A stretch of 64,000 nucleotides of DNA from Styela clava. Taxonomy: Eukaryota. Both the position numbers and the translations under genes were made by a program. Shown here piece after piece: positions 14,601 to 24,988 of the stretch; positions within the stretch are counted from its first letter, which is position 1; each line of letters begins with the position of its first letter. Below the pieces are notes generated by a model, which did not search any database, had not been told where the DNA came from, and worked only from the letters and a program-made list of their open reading frames with translations. The stretch spans positions 3,782,001-3,846,000 of the forward strand of contig NC_135253.1 of the NCBI RefSeq assembly GCF_964204865.1, in the 5' to 3' direction.

Positions 14601-16415
14601 AACGTTAGTGGGATAACATGCGTTGAGAAGTTTTTGTGATTTCATGCTTTTTCTTGCCCTTTGCTGTTGATCATGGCTCCAGAGAAAAGTAGTTATAAAG
14701 GCAAGGAGACTAAAAAAACAGTGAGACCAACTACCGAGTTGAAAAATACCTATGCCAATATGATAATATCTTTGTAATCAATGTTTTTTGGCACTTCAGC
14801 TTTGATTCCTTCAGTTTTCTATCCCCATAAAGAATTTAGGCCTATTCTGTTCTCAACAACTTTTGAAATTTTTTGTATGGACTGCAATGTGATACAAGGG
14901 CACTTAGGCCTAAGTTGCACTGAACAAATTCCTAGAGATGTAAGTTTTGAACATTTCATATCTGAATAAACTATAATGGGTTTATTATAATAACTTTCAA
15001 AACTTGACTTTTAAAATTCCCATACAAATGCCCTTTCTGATAAACGTCAGTTAAATGTGGTTCATTATCAATTTGCTGTGATTTTATACGGGGAAATGTC
15101 ATCAAGCAAAATATCGCAGATTTATGTTAAATGAACAATAAATACTTCGCAATAGTATTCCATTAATGTGCTAAAGCAGTGCTGATAAAAAAAGATAAGA
15201 TATTTGAAAGCTAGCACACATTTTGATTGATCGAAAAAAATCTAGCGAAACCATTATTGTAGTTTGTCAAAATCTGAAAGTGCGAGGAAAATATTCAACA
15301 AGGCAAGCTATTCGACGTTGCAACAAAATAGAATCAAAGAAGTATTGCAAATAGAGCCAAGACATATTTTCTGGAAAGTTTCGAATTTATATTGATTCAA
15401 ATCTTTTAGTTTGGAAATTCTAAAACTCCCATTCATAATTATGACCTGGGGGGCTGTTAATCAACCCCTCACTACTTAATACTGTAATATTACTAACCCA
15501 CTTCGATTTTGCCATACCCTTATTGTGTTTTGGCTATTGTGTATTTAATCAATACAACAGAATAAAAAATTAATAGTAAAATTAGATGAATTCTGAAAAG
15601 TCATCAAACAAAAAACCCAATATTAAAATGTTGGTTTCAAATCCTGTGTATTCGAAAACATGGAGGATTGATCTAAACATTAGCCTGTCTTTCAGATATA
15701 TTTATTTTCACCGTCTTTGGAAATTTTGAAGCCTTCTTAGCAAGTAAAATACTTTGATGGTCCAATAAAAAGAGTGAATAAAGCTACCACCAACCAACCG
15801 TCTAATAAAAAGAGTGAATAAAGCTACCACCAACTAACTCTTAGTAGTACCTCATTTTTATATGATGAACTTATACTATATTTACTTTGTTTATCATCAA
15901 AATTTAGCAGAAAGGAAAGCTTTTCTTTATATATGTATCGTAACGTTTAATTCCGGGTGCTCATCAAATTTTCTGTACCATGGGTTTTAAAATTCCAATC
16001 CATATACTGCTTCAATAATATGAAATGACAGAAATTTTTTTCAAATTTTGAAGGCTGAAAATGAGCAACAAGAAAACCCAATTTTCATTATACCATTACC
16101 GGTATAGGTTTTATTTGAATCCCTTGAAATAGAAACTATCACTGTATCGTATGACATATTGAAATAGGTACGACACATAGTCTAATACGACATAAATATC
16201 AAAAGGATATTTGAAGCTACTTTTTGTCATGCCATGTCAAGTCTGCAAGTACAGAAGTATTATACTATCGTACGACAATACGGTAACTACAGAACTATTT
16301 TACCTTTGACAAATTCTTCACTACTATGGCTTGCAGTGCTTCCATTCCCGTTATTACTTCCTCCATCATTTTGTACTTCTGCTTCTTCACTTCTCGCCAT
16401 ATACTCATCTTCCAT
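1804..16415 (-). CDS. RTN: Reticulon (RTN1-4 family) gene, multi-exon, with alternative N-termini
   Basis: RHD exons with GT-AG boundaries and consistent phases: 2867-3074 (208 nt, VVDLIYWRDVKKT...HPFQ), 2540-2678 (139 nt), 2316-2385 (70 nt, LWLLTYLGACFNGLTLLII), 1804-1964 (FTVPIFYEKYQTPIDNYLG...KLPGAKKAQKEKAQ*). Distal N-terminal exons: 16304-16415 (MEDEYMARSEE...SSEEFVK), 14300-14392, 13820-13852 (EGRLIDKIDPR). The 208/139/70 sizes match the vertebrate RHD exon pattern. Confidence 0.93.
2867..3074 (-). CDS. RTN: Reticulon RHD exon 1 (first hydrophobic hairpin)
   Basis: ttacag|TTGTGGATTTGATC...TTTCA|gtaagt; translates VVDLIYWRDVKKTAFVFTFLLLILVSL...PHPFQ, the reticulon signature. Confidence 0.95.
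3447..3461 (-). CDS. RTN: Candidate 15-nt reticulon microexon (GWRGT)
   Basis: Minus strand reads tttattttgtcacctgcatgctttctaag|GATGGAGGGGAACAG|gtgaaa; phase 1-1, frame-preserving and stop-free, directly upstream of RHD exon 1. Confidence 0.55.
4960..6868 (-). CDS. RTN: Alternative reticulon N-terminal exon set: 6784-6868 (MSSEQEHQQ...), 6247-6447 (EAEPQMM...PAS), 4960-5001 (ADEQKDAVEGDKDP)
   Basis: Acidic, proline-rich open exons with canonical AG/GT boundaries, all ending in phase 1 and so compatible with RHD exon 1. Confidence 0.75.
8168..8370. mobile_element. MITE with 9-bp TSD (Mutator/MULE-type by TSD length)
   Basis: TIR GGTTCCATTACATTTGAACCCACGTACATTTGAAC versus the reverse complement of the right end GGTGACCGTACATTTGAACCCACGTACATTTGAAC; perfect TSD CAATGGACC at 8159-8167 and 8371-8379; internal CTAACCCTAACCC; second copy at ~25455. 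Confidence 0.85.
9666..9878. mobile_element. MITE with ~24-bp TIR and 8-bp TSD
   Basis: TIR GGTATTCCCGTAGTATGTGTACCA / rc GGCGCTCCAGAAGTATGTGTACCA; TSD GAAATATC at 9658-9665 and 9879-9886; partial copy at ~46124-46272. Confidence 0.85.
10166..10695 (-). CDS. RTN: Alternative reticulon N-terminal exons: 10641-10695 (MSSESYLRDYYEQLPSET) and 10166-10453 (AGFGEGETG...AFKE)
   Basis: ATG at 10695 with an in-frame TAA 21 nt upstream; donor ACAG|gtaaac; 288-nt phase 1-1 exon aaag|CTGGA...GAAG|gtaacc; S/E/P-rich. Confidence 0.68.
11646..12108 (-). CDS. RTN: Candidate alternative reticulon first coding exon (MATTSKSNN...DDALLS, 154 aa)
   Basis: Long acidic, Ser-rich ORF in AT-rich surroundings; phase-1 donor TCTA|gtaatc just before the in-frame stop. 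Confidence 0.55.
13820..16415 (-). CDS. RTN: Distal reticulon exons 16304-16415, 14300-14392, 13820-13852
   Basis: ATG GAA GAT...AAA G|gtaaa; tttag|TAAAT...GCTG|gtact; tgcag|AAGGA...AGAG|gtaagt. All end in phase 1 and give ...IDPR-VVDLIYWRD when joined to RHD exon 1. Confidence 0.8.
15764..15838. repeat. Tandem duplication, 40-bp period
   Basis: AATAAAAAGAGTGAATAAAGCTACCACCAAC present twice. Confidence 0.9.
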
Positions 16416-16866
16416 TTTTGAATGTTATCAATAACAAACGTAATTTAAAAATTAAAAAATAACCCTAACTTGCTAACTTCGATTTAAACTAAAAATTAAA
16501 TGCATCATTAATACTGTATTTACAGTTTTACTGCTTGGTGCCAAGAACAATGACGAAAATATGAACAACAGAATGTCGACAGGCACACGGACTAGCGAAA
16601 GCGCATAAATAAAGAATACCGTTATGTCTGTGTGTGCAGTCAAGATATGGTAACGGAGAAATATTTGTACAGTAACCTATGCAGTTAACCAACTACAGAA
16701 CTATTAGACTACTTTCTGACTTCATCTACCCGTTATGCTGTTACCGGTACCGATACGGTACGGTATCTCAGTAATACCGGTATCGTATGGGTACTGTGTT
16801 GCCGTACGGTGTCCGCCCGTAGATGTGTAAAGGCTCCCGTAGTCATAGCACAGTACGGTACCAGTA

Positions 16867-17080
16867 ATGGATGTTTTCCCGGGCTCCGATTTTCTTCTTC
16901 TTTTCCGGAACTATACCGGTAACCAATAAGTCAACAATGACGTAACAATTGCAATTTCTGCAGCCGCTCAAACACTTCTGTCGCCCAGAAAGATATTCAA
17001 GCATGGTGGTAAACATTGCCTCGTTTTCGTAGTTTTGCGTGTTATTTGTCAGTTTACTTTATGTATTCTTTAATTTAAGA
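16867..17080. mobile_element. Older, diverged relative of the 17421 MITE family
   Basis: ATGGATGTTTTCCC...TGACGTAACAAT...CCGCTCAAACACTT...GTAAACATTGCCTCGTTTTCG is colinear with 17421-17600. Confidence 0.65.
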
Positions 17081-17420
17081 ATATTATTTAATCACAATTC
17101 ATCCTACAGTTAATTCAACTTTTAAAAAGTTAACGATAGCTAAATAGAATCAGATTCGGAAATATTCGAATCGGAACATTCATTTTCGAAAATAAATTAT
17201 TCGAAACTAACATCCTAACCATTTGTTTACACTGTGATTATACTCTCAGAATAGATCGTGAAAATATAAAATCAACAATTAGATGGCATATAATTTTTTC
17301 GACGATTCGGCACTTTACATCAAGTTTATTGTAGAGTTCTAGTACTTTATTTTGTAGAACGTGGGGTGGCTTTAATGAAGATTTAGCTGCTGATTTCTAA
17401 CTAAGAATTCCACATTGCAA

Positions 17421-17920
17421 TGGACCTTTTTCCGAGCATCGACTTCCTTGTTTACTTCGTGACATTGGCTAATCAGCAAGATGCAAAAAGTGACGTAACA
17501 ATGCTCCCTTTTCGCATCCGCTCAGACACTTTTCTCACTCAGACAGATTTTCAAACGTGGTCGTAAACATTACCTCGTTTTCGCGTTTTTAAACTCTATT
17601 CGTTAGTTTTCAGTTGTGTTTCGGAAACTTAAATATAAATCAGATATTTCAATAATCACTCTGTCTTCCTAGAAGTTTTGATTTAATTGCAGTAATAAAA
17701 AATTAGTCTAGAAATAGCTGTGATAGACTAGGCTAAAATTCTTTACCGGTACTTTCAAAAAACAGATTGTTGCATGCGATGAATCATAATGATGGTTTGA
17801 AGGGCATATCCATTTTACTGGCGCCAACTTGCACAATCACCTTTAAAATAGCCCCGAAAATTTTGCAATTGTAAAGTATAGGAAGAATTTTTCGGGGGTC
17901 AAAGATCGGGGAAAGGTCCA
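17421..17920. mobile_element. ~500-bp MITE (TGGACC...GGTCCA termini)
   Basis: TIR TGGACCTTT(T)TCCGA / TCGGGGAAAGGTCCA; a full-length colinear second copy lies at 45605-46108. Confidence 0.88.
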
Positions 17921-17942
17921 TTGCGAGAGAAACAGACTATAA

Positions 17943-18710
17943 TACAAGGGAGCTATGCTCAAATATGTGGACATGTAACGCCACATAATTTTGATGACGT
18001 CATAGCAAAAAATAAAAGTAATAGCCTTCTGGAGAAAAATTCCATCGTTGACCACTGAAAATTTCAAAGCAATTGGTCCAGTAATCAAAGAGAAAGGTGA
18101 TTTCTTTAAATTTCCCGATTGACTTGCATCATATTTACTTTTTATTTCCTGAATTAAATTCGCTCAGCAAGTCATGATGATATCATCCAATTCATATCTT
18201 TTTTTTTTTTTACATTTATTTAACGTCATCTGTTCATCAATAAATCAACACGGCGTCGTTGACACGATGACTTTTGCAGTCTTTCGCGGCTCCGCGTCAA
18301 TTGCGATATATTGTATGCATGTATACTTCAGTCTTCAATTGATTTTTGTATTATCATTATAATTGTTTAATTGCGTACAATATTTCATGCACGACGAAAT
18401 AAAACTTCTGAGTTCTGAGTTCTGAGTGTCAAAGAACAAGAACAACAAAACGATTGTTATGTCCACTACGGTGTGGTCCAACACGGTGTCGTTGACACGA
18501 TGACTTTTGCAGTCTTTCGCGGCTCCGCGTCAATTGTGATATATTGTATGCATGTATACTTCAGTCTTCAATTGATTTTTGTATTATCATTATAATTGTT
18601 TAATTGCGTACAATATTTCATGCACGACGAAATAAAACTTCTGAGTTCTGAGTTCTGAGTGTCAAAGAACAAGAACAACAAAACGATTGTTATGTCCACT
18701 ACGTGTCCAA
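17943..18710 (+). mobile_element. Helentron/HINE(DINE-1)-like element interrupted by a LINE/SINE-like 3' fragment
   Basis: Starts ACAAG; sub-terminal inverted repeats GTGGACAT (17967-17974) / ATGTCCAC (18692-18699); AAC/AAG-rich microsatellite; the inserted piece ends in AATAAA plus a (TTCTGAG)3 tail. The class assignment is inferred from architecture only. Confidence 0.55.
18246..18703. repeat. Near-perfect 233-bp tandem duplication
   Basis: Units 18246-18478 and 18479-18703 differ by only a couple of substitutions. Confidence 0.95.
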
Positions 18711-18926
18711 AAAGACTTTTATCGTTTTAAAATGTGTCTTAGTTTCTAAAAATTACCAACGGTGCCCTATAACTTCCTGGCTAGTTGACCAATATTCGAT
18801 TTTCAGCCCAGATTATCGTCGATTAGCCAATTATTGAATTATCTTAATTGCCACAAATTTTTAATTACTGTCATCAAGTAATCTGTCATTCAGAATTATC
18901 TTTCATTTTGCTATAAGAGCACGAAG

Positions 18927-20806
18927 CAGGCCCGCGCACAAGAAGGATTTTTCCGTGGTGGCCAGATTGCGACTTGCTTCAATTGAGGTGTTTATTCACC
19001 TCAATGCTTGTTTCACCAGTTCGCAATGGCTCTTATTATTAAATTTGAACTAGCGACCATGCTATAGTCTTTATACAGTATACACTATTTATCCGCATTG
19101 TAGTGATGCATTGTCTATAGATCATAGAACTAACCATAGAATTGAAATTCAACTGTCAGCAGATGGCGCAAATGTTTTTATGAACTGCTAGATTTGCACG
19201 GGAGCAGCTGCATTAGGAATTAAGATTAAGTCAAAATGTCAATGGCCCAAGAAGAATACCTACGAACAGCCTATAAACAAATGTAAATGACATTAAGGCA
19301 ACACAACACGATCGAAAGACTTTGAATCAGGAATACGGAGAAGAGTATGGAATTGAAATTCAACTGTCATCAGATAGGCCTACCGCAAATGAGCTAAATT
19401 CGAAGTCATGAAGTATCTTGTTTTCCCGAAAATAAGACCTAGTCAATAACGCGAAATTATTTTTTACCTAGTCGAGAGTAAGAAATCTTTCCTACTCGTT
19501 TTAAATGATTAGTAATCTATGTTTTTAATGCTTTTAAGATAAACAATAATTTCGGACATTTACAATCTATAACATTTTAGTATAATTTGAACACTTTAGT
19601 ACAACTTCGGACATTTTAGGACAAGAGCTTCAGCAGTTTCATAGAGTTTGAGTATAGCGTTTATACATTCTGATAATGTATACCTTGGGACATGGAAGGC
19701 ACCTTGTGCAGAATATTTAGCTAGTGCGATATAGATGGACAGTAGTCTGCTTGACAAAATACCATACAAATGCCCCTGGAAGTTTGTCGTTAAAGTAGGC
19801 TACTGGTGCATGAGTTTCAATATCTCAATTCGTGGCCGTGGATAAGTTTCATTGCGTTGAATCCATGATACAAAGGATCAAGTTTGGTGTGTAAGGGTGC
19901 GTTACTAATTGCTCAGATTGGTTTATTTTGTCACACCGCATAGCTCATTTGGTGCGAATTATTTTCAGTTAAATAAAATCTCTGCTGTTCTGGCTAGCGT
20001 ACCGACTATGTAGTTAATATGTGATAGGCCTACTCATTTCAACTTATTGTTAATATGTATAGCTAAGTACTTGTAATGACATTCGCAAATGACATTAACA
20101 ATAACCTGAATCGAATGCATACTTCTTTCATTTTCAATGAGGCAATATAATAGGGATTTGACCTTCTATATTTATTATTACTAGCCATCAAAGTTTATTA
20201 CTAGCCATCAAAGATGAGTTATTCCTCGCAAATCTTTAAGTCTGGCATGACTCCTCTGATAAACACAGCCAATTGCTCTTCATCGACACCCTTTCGAAGC
20301 GTAAAGTGCGACAGAGAAGTAAACAAAATTTACCGACTTGGGAAGAAGATGGTCATATTGTTTGTTACCGTGTCATTGCTAAGCTGTTATTTTTCAGCTA
20401 CAAGTTGAACGCTAGATGAACAGCATTCTCCATCAAACACATCAACAGCCTGTTTCATATTTCACCATCCGAATATGGTTTAAATATTTCGCGCCAGTAT
20501 AAGACTAATCTTGTATGATGTCACAGTTATTTCCTCAGGCCTGCCTCTACTGTTGAACATATTTGTTTGCTTGCTTTTACCTGATACACTTTTGTAGCAA
20601 TCATATTTTTAAGAATGAATGTTCAGATTTTGTAGTTACTTTCAACATTAAAAGATTTCACACTACTTATCACACAACTATATTACAGAGAAGGCTTTGT
20701 TATTGAAGTCAATTTGAAAATATTTCTCCTCCCAATCACTTTGAAACGCCCAATTTTCTTGCTGATGTGTGCGAGCTTTCTTTGAATTTGAAGGTTGCTT
20801 TGCCAT
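18927..20806 (-). mobile_element. Decayed hAT transposase (Charlie/Buster/GTF2IRD2-EPM2AIP1-like)
   Basis: Minus-strand fragments in the expected order from ATG 20806: MAKQPSNSKKARTHQQENWAFQSDWEEKYF (BED-finger N-terminus), VTSYKISLILARN-KPYSDGE, LSNDTVT, QLAVFIRGVMPDLKICEE; many stops and frameshifts; CAGG terminus-like sequence at 18927. Confidence 0.75.
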
Positions 20807-21272
20807 AGCTATATGTTTGTTAGCCTCGAGGCGGAAAGAGCAATACCAGCAAAACTGCCATCTTTTCCAAATTTGGATTCATTTGAGTTCCACAGCATGT
20901 ATTTGAACTCGAATGTTCTTCCTTCATAAAACTTGTATCGAGCAGAGATAGAGCTCGAGGAAGAATTTGGAAAATTAATATCAATGGAAGTCTCCGTGAT
21001 TAGATCACACTCAACTGTAATAATCGCCGCAAAATAATCTTGTTTGCATATTTCGGTTTCCGCTCCATATTTATTCCACAGAAGAACACAAGAGGTGAAA
21101 ATGGAATCATTGCGTTTTTACATTTATGCATCATGTCCTGACTTGGGAAAGCAAACTGACAAACCGGACGTATATATCAAAATAACTTGGCTTCGCATGC
21201 GACGTATTGCAACATTCAAATATTTCAATGCCAATGCAATCACTACACTCATCTGCACATATGGGTGATTTC

Positions 21273-21942
21273 TAAGGCCGAGAATTTCAGGGAAAATGCT
21301 TTAACCGTTGGCCGGGTAAAACTAACCGGTTAACCGCAGCGTGATGTTCGATGTACTAATTTATAATTTTGGCTTGTTACGTCACAACGGTTACAAAGCA
21401 ATACTGGTGATTTTATCCGGTATCGCTCAAAATTATTACGAATGGAGATAGTTTCATAATCGCTCTGCTGCGAGAGATATGCAGCGTGATATGGAAGTAT
21501 TTCAGTAAAACCCGAATCCGTTATTAATGTCATTTATGTGACAAATTTTCAGTGTTCGACGTGCAAATTCTACTCTAAAATATCATAAAGAAAAACAGCA
21601 TCAACTGCGCACTTACTTGTTGGATGACATTGGATATACGATTTTGCAATAAATTCGTAAAACTGATTCTGAAATTTGACCGAAAACTGATTCAGAATTT
21701 CTCATTGTCAAATTTTCACAATCAGCAATCTTGGTACATCAATTATTTTTCACATTTATCGGGTCCTTACCAATACAGTTAGTGATATTCTTTTGAATTA
21801 AAAGCCACGGGAGAAAAATTTGCGATGACGTAATCATTTTTGGAGAAATTGTACATTATAAAGATGATTTGTACCTGAGATGTCAGTAATCGTAACCGTT
21901 AACCGTCTAAAATCGGTTACCGATTAACCATTCCCAGTCCTA
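21273..21942. mobile_element. hAT (Tip100/Ac-like) MITE
   Basis: TIR TAAGGCCGAGAAT / rc TAGGACTGGGAAT; sub-terminal AACCG/CGGTT arrays; 8-bp TSD GTGATTTC (21265-21272) / ATGATTTC (21943-21950). Confidence 0.8.
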
Positions 21943-22196
21943 ATGATTTCAATGAGTTTGAATAAGAGAAAATGAAAGATTGCTCATACAGGAGGGCATC
22001 TGTTAAGGACCAACGTCATCGATCACCTGTGATAAGACATTATCCAACTTACAAATTTTTACGTATTCTAAAGACGACTCAACCTCGCTACCTTTTATTG
22101 ACAACATTGATGACGTTTTCGTAACTGAGAAGTTTTTTGAGCTTGCAATGAGAACAGTTCAACCACACGCTACGGTGAGATTGTGCACTGTTATCA

Positions 22197-22677
22197 CAGG
22201 GATTCCATCGATCTGGAACCCAAAATAAGGACGACTGGAAAAATTTCTGCATTGTGAGCAGAAATAGCTGGCTTTCCTATGGGCTCCAGGTAAATGTCAC
22301 AATTACAGACGTCAGAGTGTGCGAAGCACTTACCCTTCAAGCTTCGTTTAACTTTGAATTCTATCCCGTACTCACAAAAAACGTTCTTACGTTTACTCAT
22401 TTTTCAATTTAGGCTAAAATAACCACCATCACGACAAAACCTAAGGATCGGCACACTAACAATGCTTCATGCCTATCTATGCCTTGCTTTTTTGTGTTCC
22501 AAATAAGATTGTGTTACTTTTATGATGCCACAATAAAGCTTTGGCGATAAGACAAACTTCTATTATGAAGTCCAAATAAGACAAAATAAGAATACGCAAG
22601 CCAAAAATAAGGACGCAAGCTAAAAATAAGCCAAAAATAAGGACAAACTTAGGAATAAGAACGGTATGGAATCCCTG
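22197..22677. mobile_element. hAT MITE with AAAATAAG sub-terminal repeats
   Basis: TIR CAGGGATTCCAT / ATGGAATCCCTG; flanks share GTTATC (degenerate TSD). Confidence 0.8.
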
Positions 22678-24746
22678 GTTATCCAGCTAGTTCAGCAATT
22701 AAACAACCGATCCAACCGTTTATGCGCAACTTTGGATTGCTGGACATTAAGGAACCACATTTACTCTAAAGGCAATTGCGAGGGGCGTACGACGTACACA
22801 GTCTGCAGCCACCTGCTTCGCAAAAGATAAGCAGATAGAAAAATCTTTAGGTTATTAGGCAATGTTCAGTTGTGCCTATCTTTAGAAACACAGGCTTTGT
22901 CAAACTTCCATCAAGTTTTCCAAATTCATCTCAGTTTCTTGATAAAATAAATAATGAAAAGTCACAAACGCATCGTTCAGATCGTTGGTCCAATTCTCAT
23001 CCCGACTCGTTTCAGGTTGGATACCAAATCAACGAACAACAACCAGCATTTATTTATCATACGGAATGCGCTTCCATGCTACTCCTATTGAAGCATCAGT
23101 TACATTCCGCTCGTTTCAAAACTCGATTATCAGTCTGCTAGACTCGGTTAAAGAAGATTTACTGATCTTCAGTCAGATCAAGGATTAAAATGACACTTGT
23201 CAAAACGTCTTCAAATAAATAATTTCAACTACTGCATTTGTCTATTTCTCTCTCTTGGATGGAAAAACCAGCATTGTCACCCCAAAGAAAATTCCCATCA
23301 TTTCCAGATTTCAACTCGGCATTACCTCAAACTATACCGCACCATCAAAATCCCAAGCAGTCCACGTTTTGCGTTTATACCAGCAAAGGCCCAGAAGCGA
23401 AGGATTTCTAGATTTACTCTGCTGTATGGAACATGCGGATAACATTCAGAAAACCATGATCAATATATTTTTCCTGATTTGTTTGACGACTACAAGAAGA
23501 AAAATCACCAGATACGCTGCCACACATATGGATTCGACAGGATTATAATTGAATTAAAATCAGAAGTTTTAACTTTATGTAAAGTAGATATTAAGGATAA
23601 GTTACAATTTTAAACATCAGAACATGAATTTATTGCGTTTGATACCAAATCTGAAAAATATGAAGATCGGAATGAAACGGCACTCAAGTCTGTTAGAATC
23701 GGGAGGAAATATGCCACACCTGTAGCAGCTCAGAGTTCCATTCGAAATCGAAGGCAGGTGATAAAAGCAGTAAATATATATATATATATCAGACATAGCT
23801 TAGAATTCTGAAAATCGTGCCCATGCAATAACCTCGATCTGTCACAACGCAACTTCATGGACGACGTGGAAATATTCAACAAAACTAGGTATTTGAAAAC
23901 GATGATCGCAATTTCAAGATACTTATTCCAAAGAAGCATTGTTCAAATAATATCATTTTGATATAAGTCATTATTTTCGTGCCAGAAACTTGACACTCCT
24001 AATATATGTAGCAATGTGTCACATGCCATATGTAAACTATGCTGTACCATAATTGGTCGAATTATACCAACGTTGAATAGTGTTTTTCTTATTATGATTT
24101 TTTCTCCAGACTGTATCCAGCTCTTCCATCGACGATGTTTCTGTAGAAAATTTTAGATCCCCGAGCAATACACCAGTAATGGATTAGAAGACTTATTTAG
24201 CAGAAGAATATCTTGACGTACAAGCAAAAGTAATGTATCTTTCATTTGCAATAAATTTTTCGCCTTATTTGTGAAAATAGTTGATATAATACCGGCATAC
24301 AAAATATTTTAATGACGAGAGAATTTATGATTTGGTTGTCATAGCTTTAATTTGTGATTCGCGTGATGTTTTATTGAGTCCCAGCTTGACAAGTTGGTCG
24401 TGATGTATGTGGGACACGACATTTTTGAGACACCCCCCTCAAAAAAAGCTGATATCTACCAGGTTGAGATCTCAGAAAAAACAAAATCCGAACGTTGCTA
24501 GCTGAGTTTCAAGCCCAGTAATTCATGTTTTGCAGCATTGTTAAAAGTGCCGACAACGTTCGAAACATTGTTAAAAATTGTCTGTAAGATCGCAAAAGTC
24601 GAAAGCCAGTTACAGAAGGGGAGTTTATTAGGAAACCTCATTCCTGTCCGACCGTCGTCGGGTGCGGACGTGTCAACTGGAAAAGACTAGTGAATGCTAC
24701 GCGTTGCATGTTTCGGTATCTGTAATCTGTATCGCGTAATATCAAC

Positions 24747-24988
24747 ATGAGCAAAGCCCATCAACTGGATTTAAAGAAGTTTATGGATAAAAGATTGGAT
24801 TTAAAGTTAAATGGTGGACGATCTGTTGTGGGTATATTGCGAGGTTTCGATCCTTTTATGAATCTACACGTGGATGATGGAACAGAGCGTAGAAAAGATG
24901 GGACCATTGCACCTGTTGGAGTGGCTGAATGGTGGTCGTTCGTGGAAATTCAATATTGATGTTGGAAGCATTGGAACGGATACAATGA
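24747..24988 (+). pseudogene. SNRPG: Intronless SmG (snRNP G) copy with an 8-nt frameshifting insertion
   Basis: [40 protein letters not shown]... matches SmG. Removing GTGGCTGA (24921-24928) restores ...[21 protein letters not shown] (77 aa, TGA 24986-24988). The conserved HPPE reads HQLD. No introns. Confidence 0.85.

Noticed and set aside
18246-18703. CRISPR-like or prokaryotic system in the repeat-rich interval
   Set aside because: The window is eukaryotic. The repeats are a two-unit duplication and transposon sub-terminal arrays, with no repeat-spacer pattern or cas-like ORFs.
19156-19169. CTCF-like motif TCAGCAGATGGCGC
   Set aside because: A single imperfect match inside a transposon fossil, with no supporting evidence.
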